A stretch of DNA of 64,000 nt from assembly GCA_000320545.1 (NCBI GenBank), contig ADNK01000588.1, forward strand, positions 24,994-88,993, in the 5' to 3' direction. Numbering within the stretch: the stretch's first letter is position 1; the number at the start of each line of letters is the position of its first letter. The notes under the pieces are model-generated. The model searched no databases, was not told the origin of the DNA, and saw nothing but the letters and a program-made list of their open reading frames with translations. Shown piece by piece: positions 54,656 through 64,000 of the stretch. Origin of the DNA: Bigelowiella natans CCMP2755. Its lineage: Eukaryota > Protista > Cercozoa. Position numbers and translations under genes: made by a program.

Positions 54656-55766
54656 ATGAGTGGCGCTCGCCCGCTTAAGCGCCCCCCCTCGCTCTCTCTT
54701 GCCTTCGCTGCGGTCGTGATAGCTGGAGCGACGATATTCGCAGCATCGCTCGCACAGAATTTCGAGGGCAGCCACGGTTATCGGCTTAGTGCGGCAACTG
54801 CAGGTTGTGCTAAGTAGCGTTATGTGTGTACGTGGGTCGACGTGGGCATTCGACGTGAAGAGCGATACAACTAATCGGGGCGACGAGAGAATCTTCCAAG
54901 CATCTGCCTCTTCCGGCACAGTCGCAAATATATTTTAGGATGTATCGCGCATCGAAACTATGCTTGTGTGTTATTGCACCGCTTGATTCCCTTTCTCTCT
55001 CTTCTCCCTCTCCCCTCTTTCCCCCTCCTCTCTCTCTCTCTCTCTCTCCCTCTCTCTCTCTGTGCGTGTGTGTACGTGTGTGTGTGTCATCCTTTCCCCC
55101 CTTTTCCGCCCCCTTCTACATTTACAAATGTTAGGAGGTAGAATTGGAGCGGTTACTAGAAGACTCCCAATTAATACACATCGGGATTCCTCTTATCTGC
55201 CTTCGATCAACACTCGCTACTTCCCCGACGGACCAAAGGCGAGGTACTCGTAGATTTTCGTCGGAGCGAAATTCAGGCGGGGGGGGGGGGGGGGGGGGGG
55301 GTGGATGACTTTGTCACCTCACCAAACTACAAGTGGCAATCAGCTCTATCTGGCTATTTTTCATTCATAGACTTCGACCCCTCGGGGCATCTGAATCACC
55401 TGCGGATGATGATACAGCTGCTGTAGACGCGCAAGTAACCGATGTTCGGTTTTTCTTTTCAAAAAAAAGTCCAAATGCTAGCTCCCGTCAAAACATGGAT
55501 GGCATATCCCTTCCCCATTCTGTCCTCTCTCATCCTCTTTCGGTTCATCGGATCTCTGTGTATGTGTTGGGGAGAGGGGATGCAGAAGAGTGAGAGACGA
55601 GGATGGCCTCGTGCGCCGATGAATGTGCTCGAGATTCTACAACCCCTTCAATAAAGTATTCGCCTCGCGCTTTCTGAGGGATGTACGGGTGTATTCAGAT
55701 CTTAGAGCGTTTGCGCAAGGCCGAGGCGGAAGCTGCAGAATTGAGGTGTTTCACACCACTGTTGTA

Positions 55767-55811
<45 letters not shown>

Positions 55812-57809
55812 GTCCAAACTTCCGTTCATTGATGACCATCACGCTTTCCTGCTACAGGGCGAGGCTCGCTCAAGCCCCCCCCGCCGATGAAATGTCCGAT
55901 GTGAAGGCCAGACTCTCCAAAGAGTTGGGGGAGCAGGGCAAGGGGTCGGCCGAGATCACGAATGCTAATCCGCTGAGACGGGGGTGGGTTAGCTGCAACC
56001 AATATCGCAAAAATGCTGATAGAGCACGAAGCAAACATTGCTAATCGCACTTTCCGTCATGACATATATATATACATTTATAAATGTAATTTGCGTTGGG
56101 TAGCGGGCGACAGGGCAACAATATGGTCGGCCCAAGCGAGGCCGGGCTGATTGACGAGCTCGGGATCAAAGAGACGGAGAATGTGGTGAGTAATCATGAG
56201 AAGTAAAATGCTAGCTGCGGTGTGACAAGTTTCTGGGTAGTAGTGGTGATGGTGGAGATGATGAAAATTCATGACGACGTTGTACCGAAGTAACCGGCAT
56301 CGTGATTATGCTCCTCCTCCTCCTCCTCCTCCTCCTCCTCCTCCTCTTTCTCACCATGATCATTGCCATCAGCATTTATCTTGCATCGACTCTTACAATG
56401 CCCTTTTACTACTACTACTACTACTAAAGGGGGAGGTCATCCGTAAGCGATTTACCTTAGCACTTGGCGGCTCAGCTGTTCTCGCCCTTCTAGCATTCGT
56501 CCCTACACAAGTAAACAGAGGAGGAAGGGGAGGGGGAGGAGGAAGGGGAGGGGGAGGAGAGTGTGCGCGTGTGGGAGGGGGGGGGGGGGGGGGAATTTTG
56601 GGAAAGGAACGAGGAGGCCATATCTATCCTTTCTCAGCATTTTGTTCTTCTTCTCTTTCTCTCCCCACCCGTCGCCATATAAATACCATCACCACCATCA
56701 CCGTCGCCGCCGTGGCAATTGCTTTCCTAACTTGCCCGATCGGCCATTAGACGCATCAGCTGCCAAAAGAGCCAGCGAATGTGTACATCGCGCCGGTCAT
56801 CAGGTGTGTGTAGGCATGTATGCATGTGCAAGTCGTTGTCGGTAGCATCGGTCTCGAGCGCCAGCCATAACAAAAACGACACGACAACAACAACCACAAC
56901 AGCAATATCATCATCATCAACAACAACAACAATAACAGTAGCGTACCAAAGAGGGAGAAACAGAAAGTGAAGGGTTCGGAAGGACCGCTCTTCACAAACT
57001 AGATTTAGTGGCCGAGCCTCTCGAGAATAGTCGCAGCCTGTGCCGTCTTCCTTAGCAGCAAATGATGCCATCCGAGAGAATGAACGAATCGTGCCTGCAA
57101 TGTAAGATTCCTGATGGATTTGTATGAATCCAAATAAATTCATGGTAGGTCCAAGATCCTACTCGACGACATCCAGGTGAGAGAGGCTCCCATTGATCCA
57201 CCGTTTCTTTCTTACATATAACAATTGGCCTTGAATATAGCAAACAACAACAATAATAATAACAACAGCAGCAGCAGCAGCAACAACAACATTAACAACA
57301 ACAATCCCTCCCAGGACACGATAGAACGGGGTCGATGGAAGCAAATGCTCCAGCTGGTAGTAGTAGCGTTCAAATCTGAGAAACGAGGGAAAAAATGTAG
57401 CAGCAGCAGCAGTAGTAGTAGTAGTAGTAGTAGCGGAAGAGGAAGAGGTAACAATGGTGGAGGAGAGATTGGTCGCCGCAAGAGGCCAGGGGATGAGTGA
57501 GAGGCCTATGACAAGGCAATTTAACCTGTGCTCGATGATCTCTAGTTGCGTTGCTGCTCACTGACCACCCCTCCCCCCCACCCTCCCCCCGCCACCAACA
57601 ACAAAAAGGTGCGGCAAATTCTCGACAGGCCGAACTATCTGAAGAAAAACGTGGCCCTCGCTGCCCAGGTGGCGTCCCTAGCAATGATAGAAATCAGAAA
57701 GGGGGGGGGGGGGGGGCGTTGGCACGTGTGGAATGAGTGTTGCGGCCGTCTCTCCCCGCCCCTCCACGTGCGAGGAAAGACACGCACACGCACACGCACA
57801 CGCACACGC

Positions 57810-57850
<41 letters not shown>

Positions 57851-58253
57851 CTGTAATCGCATTCAGGCCCTACCATCGGATGAAGACTGGAAGAGGGCGG
57901 ACGGGCTTGGGCGAGAGCTCGTTGAGAATATCAGGGTACTTTCGAGAAACGGCACATGTGGACATTTTTCGGGCAAACACGCCGTCCGTCGCCACGCAAT
58001 TCTACTAAATGGGAAACCGTGAATCTATCCCCCCCACTCCAGGCGCTGGATTATCAGGAGTTCTTTCAAACGGAGGAGCCGAATGCGGACCAAGCAGCGT
58101 TTCTGGAGCAGGGTGTACAGCAGTGCTTGGATAAAATTGAGGAGTAATCCAGCAACTCGATCCAAGAAATATTCTTATTCTCCTTGCAGTTGTAGTGTGT
58201 GTAAATATATATATATATATATATATATATTCTTATTCTTCTTGCAGTTTTGG

Positions 58254-58293
<40 letters not shown>

Positions 58294-58583
58294 ATATATA
58301 TAACGTTGTTTTTGCCATTGGTCTCTAGATCTGTTGATTGTGGCCATATTTTGCTTCTGTCGCCGTTCTAATCTTCCTCCTTTGTTTCCGTCGTCATTGT
58401 CACTGTATCAGCTTCTTAAACATGATGCCGAGGTCGGAGTATGTGAAGGCGGACGAAGAAGCCCAGCGGACGAGATCGGTAAGCAAGGGCATAACAACGT
58501 GTGTACTTCAAGGGCGCCCATTTTCTTTTTTATTAAAAACTAATTATCAGGCTGTGGCGAGGGACACTCTGACATACACATAA
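54656..58583 (+). CDS. Predicted plastid-targeted protein with one TM helix and a helical C-terminal domain (PsbQ-like bundle, tentative)
   Basis: Signal peptide (SLAFAAVVIAGATIFAASLA), Arg-rich transit-like exon ending RPLGA/SE, TM ALGGSAVLALLAFVPT, then amphipathic exons VRQILDRPNYLKKNVALAAQ and ALDYQEFF. Confidence 0.6.
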
Positions 58584-59129
58584 CGTGCCGTATTGAAGAT
58601 CACAGGAATGGGGGAGAAGGGTCTATCGATCTCAAAAAAATACATGGACGGTGAAGATCGAGTGAGGCTCGTGCATCATTGCTTGCATAAAGATTTAACG
58701 AAATTATTACACGAAAACACATCACTTCTGAGCATCTAGGCATGCACGCGATGTGCAAGTTGCAGACAGCCAAACAAGCAAGCCATTGAGGAGCTGCACG
58801 CAGCTCGCATTGCATGATGTGCACGTTGTCCACGCTGAGACGATTCGATGCACAGATGTTCCGCGCACGTCATTGCATGCAGCTCGCATTGTGAGATTGA
58901 CATCCAGTGATGCCATCAATTGAGCAACTATCTACACACGCCGTGATCGTCTTCCCTTGAGCAGATGTGGCGGCCTTCAGGAAGATCCTGCTCATGATTT
59001 CTCCAGTTTGACCTCACTTTGGACGTGCAGTTGTTCATCATCATTGTTTCATCCTTTCACGCAGACACAAAGCTGTGAGCACAGCGACGGTCAGTCATGC
59101 TGGCATGCTAGCATGGGGCTTTCGGACAC

Positions 59130-59560
59130 CAGCTAGCCAGCCATTCCAGCACTTGTTGCGGCTGTGCCATGTTTCATGCTGCTGGGTGTGCACCATGGCC
59201 CACACTTCACTTCCCCACTGCTGTCGGCAGTGGCAACAAAAATTGTGAAAATGCGCAACATGAAAATTTGCCTACACTGACGACCCACTGTTGAACTAAA
59301 TTGCTTAGATGAACAAGTGGAATCGCTTGTAGATGCCCTCGCTGCCCTGTGTGTGAATGCAAGTTTGCTGATGGTGTTTCGATCCGTGGATGCATTCGAT
59401 GACAATTTGCCCCATCTCTGGAACAACAGCAGATCAACTTGTGCAGATTGCAATCTTGGTGGAAATGACCTACAGACCTGTCCAGCATTCGGTGAATGCA
59501 AGGATCATTGCACTCCTCAGGATGTTGAATTTGAAGATTTTTTGAGGATCAATGGGTGAA
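59130..59560 (+). pseudogene. Possible degenerate coding remnant inside TpA-depleted tract 4 (about 58720-59950)
   Basis: Long frame with one internal stop; the 80-aa ORF 59317-59559 has 6 Cys and no Tyr; no family recognised. Confidence 0.3.
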
Positions 59561-60565
59561 ACCTGCTAGCTAGCTAGCCTGGGCACGAAAACACCATCAC
59601 TGCTAGTTGGGCTGGAGCTTTGAGGCATCGGGAAAATGCGAATTCTTTAGCCATCGGTCACAGGTGTCGATTCTTCACCGGAGACTCTCTGTGCGAGCAT
59701 TCCGGTGCATGAATAGGTCTGAGCTGGCAAGGCAGAATTGAAACCGCACAGTTGAACGCTGATTGCCGAATTCTGCACAGCATTCAAACCCAGGAAATCG
59801 TGTTCATTTGGACATTCCAACGAGATGAATGAATGAATGAATGCATTGACGAATGAAGATGCATGGGTCCAGCGTCGACCGGGAGGAGGATGAACTGGCA
59901 ATGGAAGACATTTTCCAGTTGACACCCAAATTCTGTCAATGCGATTTTTTTACAAGTCGTTCACATGAAACATAAGGGCGTTCGTAAAACTTTTTGCCCT
60001 GTGCTGCAGACCAAATCTGCACGAGAGAGTTTGATGTATTTAGCTTATTTTCTCAGTGCGACAAGATATATAGCCCAATATTCTGAATAAAATCAACGGC
60101 ATTTCTGGTGGAAACACCTGCCGCCTGCCCTTGCCCACCTGGTATGCACACACATGTGGATAGTTAACATTTTTCCGTCCCCCCTCCAATCGAATCTCTC
60201 ACCACGGTCGTGGGAATTTCTCATGACCTCGATTCTGTAGCAATGGGAGATTTTGTAGTCGTAGGAGGAAGAGTAGAAGAGATTCATCAATATGTGAGTC
60301 CATGTTATGTGCATAAGCAGCCCCCTCAAAGCTTCCCCCCCAGCGTCATAACAGGGAAGCTGCACACACAAAGTTGTCATTCTTCACCGTATCGTCGCGA
60401 ACGTTGTCGATAGATCCGGTCAAACCAGGTAACATGCTCACACTTCATTCCACGGACACAACACGCGTGCACACTAACCGAGCGCACCCACCTCCTCCAG
60501 ACAAACATCAATCGCTCAAGGCGACGAGAAACAGCGGAAGTGCGACAGCAGGGGCTGTGAAAAGT

Positions 60566-61192
60566 ATGGCGGAAATGGCTCCGCAGAAGTTGGCGGTCAA
60601 ATCTACCAGCGATGATCCTGGGGCGGAACCCGCCCCTGATGAACTTGGAGGGTGTACTGGGTGCTGCGTCATGTGCTGCTTTGGCTGCCTCACTTGCTGC
60701 GGCTGTCGTGACGTTATATGTCGAAAGCTCATATTCTTTCCACCCTCTCCGCCGTTCTATAAGATTGGGGAGGTAGTAGTGGATGGCGAGCGTTTGCGCT
60801 CTGCGTGCGCGCGTGTGTGTCCAGCGGGAATAAGACATATGCGTTTGGTGTAAGTTGTGAGCGGATCTCTTTGTATGTTTGATGGCGGTTTGCTCAGGAT
60901 ATTTTGCCTTTTTGTTAAGCGCGCACACACACACACGCACACCGATGCGCTATATTTACTTGTGCGTGTTTGTGTGAGTGTGAAAGTTGTTTGCGTTGGG
61001 TAGGACGAAGCCAAGAAAGACATTGTTCTCCACCGTATTCCCTTGCCGCTACTCCCGCAAACGGAAGATCTTAGCGAGGAGGTCCTTTTGTGGGGGGGGG
61101 GAGGGGGGACGTGAAGTGTGAGCACTACTTAACTTGATGTCAACGACAACTAGAAACGCACATTTATTGTGAAACGTATGAGATGTTATGTG

Positions 61193-61241
<49 letters not shown>

Positions 61242-61847
61242 AATATGCTTAAATACGCATGTATAGGATTTGAAAAACATGACTCCAGCTACACTACAAC
61301 CCAGCCTCAAGGTGTGCGAAATTATCCGTATTCCAACCTATTGATGATCACGACGATGATGATGGTGATGATGATAGTTAAGATAGTGATGATGATGGGT
61401 GCTAGTGGCATTGAAGACATCCACCGTGCAGCATTATCATCGTGCACTGATTGCACCCGCAATTCAGGAAAACACGCACGCGCGCGCTCGCGCACGCACA
61501 CACACACACACGCAACACACCCATGGTATATATGGCGCTGCTGCTTCTGTGGCGACGTTAGGTGCGATCGGTCAAGCTGAAGACAGCTCTAAATAGTGAG
61601 ATCATGGCCTGCCATATCACCCACCCCAAAGCAACGTGAGTGTTTTCCTTATTTGTGTAGAAATTAATTGTGGACGAGAATGCTGAACCCCTCGCCCCCC
61701 CGCCCCCCCCTCTCTGTTTCTTTCGCGACTAAATAACGGCGGTCGGTTCTCTTCCCATCTCCCTATACAAGCCCATGCGACGGCATAATAAACCCTTGAC
61801 TGACGGTTGCATCGCATACGCGTTGCGGTGATAAAATAAATAAATAT

Positions 61848-61885
<38 letters not shown>

Positions 61886-62040
61886 TGTGCTGCTGCAGGG
61901 ATACCGTGCTCTACTCACATGGAAATGCGACGGACGTTGGAATGCAGGTTGTCATAGGGAATTGATGGGTTTTATAGGAGAATAGTTGAAGTTGCAGCAG
62001 CAGCAGTGAGAGATAGTGTCGTAGTGAATTTCCACACACT

Positions 62041-62082
<42 letters not shown>

Positions 62083-62632
62083 GAGTTACGCTGTGGAGAC
62101 GCTGGTGCTCCCCTGCCGGGCCAATGTGCTTTTCTACGATTCCCCAGGGTAAGTAGCAGCAGCAGCAGCAGCAATGGTCCCCCCTCCTCCTCCTCCTCCT
62201 CCTCCTCCTCTTCGGTGCTTGAAGGAATCATCATCCGAAGAGTCTGCTCCTATTGTTTGATGGCGGCGGCCAACGCTGCTTTTTTTTTTCACGACTACTT
62301 CCCATTGTTTTGACGGTATTGCTCTTCTCGTCTCACACGCCGCGCGCAGGTACGGGTACAGTCCCAACCCCGGAAAGCCAAGTCCAAAGCACATTGGCGC
62401 CGATATCCAACCCGCTTACGATTACCTCGTCAAGGGGGGGTCTTCATAAAGAGGAGGAGGGGGGGGGGGGAGGTGGTGGTGGATTATATGATGATCGGAA
62501 TGAATGATGAATAGCACCTTCACCGTATCGAATAGCTGTTGCGAGGCAGAAAATTGTAGCTGGAGATTGATTCGTTATTTCCTCCTCCTCCTCCCCCTCT
62601 CCTCTCCCTCCTCCTCACTCCAACCGCACACG

Positions 62633-62665
<33 letters not shown>

Positions 62666-63390
62666 CATACTTATCTATATAGGAGGCCGCCATACCGTCA
62701 AACAGGATCATAATATACGGGCAGTCGTTGGGATCGGTGCCCTCCTGCATACTTGCTAGCAAGCATCGGTCGGATGTGGTGTCCTGGGAGTGTGTGTGGG
62801 GGGGGGGATACCTGCGCGTCGTTTTACATATTTTTCCCTTGGGATCATATTTAACTTTGATTTGTGCGTTTTATGCTTTTCTCTCGGTTTCTCTGAGGAA
62901 GTCGTTTCCCCTCCCCTGTCCTCCCACTTCCCAATTCTCCGTCTCCGCTCTTACTGTAACCCTCTCTTCCCCCCCAACCCCCCCCTGCCCTCCTCCACCT
63001 CCTCAGCGTGAAAGGGATGGTGATTCACGCAGGGTGTGTGAAGAAGAAGAAGAAGAAGAAGAAGAAGAAGAATTATGATAATGATGATTATGATGATGTC
63101 GATGATTATGAAGACGAAGGAGAGGAAAGAGATGAAAGAATTGCTAACATTACACGAACAACAGATTACAATGATGACGATGATGATGATGATGATGATG
63201 ATATCGTGCTGTTATGTCTTCCGGATATTGAAAAAATCCGTGCCCTTGCCCCCCTCCCCTCCTCCCTCTCTTTCTATGTTGTCGTGATGATATCTCTTCA
63301 ATGATAACAGGTTGGCATCTGCAATTCGAGTGCTTAAGCCCTCTATTAATGTAGTATTAGATAACGATGACATCTGCATTCACTATTCTT

Positions 63391-63469
<79 letters not shown>

Positions 63470-63599
63470 CTAAAGCTGTATGCTAGAATCCCAAAAATCG
63501 CACTTTGTCTTCGACGTACGATGACGACCGTTCTCCTTCATCACCAAGCCATCTCCTCCTCCCTGCTGCTGCTGCTGCTGCTGCTGCTGCTACACACGC

Positions 63600-63635
<36 letters not shown>

Positions 63636-64000
63636 GAAAAGTCCATGGTTCGATCTCTTCCGCAACTCTGACGTGATCAAAGAAGCCAAGTGCCCTGTCT
63701 TCATCATCCACGGCACGGAGGACATGGCAGTCCCCTTCTCCAACGGGAAGCTCCTCTACCAGAACGCCCCCCGCAAGATCAGCCCCTGGTGGGTGAAGGG
63801 CGCGCATCACAACGATATCGAGGTAGTGGTAGTAGTGGTAGAAGTAGTAGTAGTAGTGGTGTTAGTGGGAGCAGTAGTATGGTGATTATAATGGTGGCGG
63901 TGGTGGTGCAAAGAAGGGGCCGCAGTACAGTAAGGAAATGACGATGATCGATGATTGGCTTTGCATGCATTCAGCGTCGTTTTTGAGACCTCCTCTGATT
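60566..64000 (+). CDS. ABHD17: ABHD17-like alpha/beta hydrolase (protein depalmitoylase); probably continues past the window
   Basis: N-terminal Cys cluster then KLIFFPPSPPFY; TVLYSHGNATDVG; GYGYS; IIIYGQSLGS nucleophile elbow; CPVFIIHGTEDMAV; WWVKGAHHNDIE. Confidence 0.92.

Overview
Gene-dense, intron-rich eukaryotic nuclear DNA with GT-AG introns, many filled with microsatellites. Two genes have signal-plus-transit presequences, which suggests a secondary-plastid alga such as a chlorarachniophyte (inference). All gene models were spliced by hand, so small boundary errors are possible. In order: intronless ARF GTPase; head-to-head pair of FOXRED2-like flavoproteins; ChaC-like gamma-glutamylcyclotransferase; tRNA-Thr(CGT); Sar1-like (probably SarB) GTPase; a 12-kb multi-exon gene that splices in frame into ubiquitin-like + importin-alpha ARM + kinesin motor + coiled coil + fimbrin (4 CH); PGK with a spliced C-terminal coiled coil and hydrophobic tail; intronless Zn2Cys6 factor; a large dynamin-like GTPase / GREB1-TAGT-like glycosyltransferase gene with a frame break; two hypothetical genes; DcpS; a plastid-targeted helical protein; partial ABHD17. 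The most notable observations are the UBL-importin-kinesin-fimbrin fusion and sharply bounded intergenic tracts where TpA is nearly absent except as CTA/TAG, suggesting a context-specific mutational or base-modification process.
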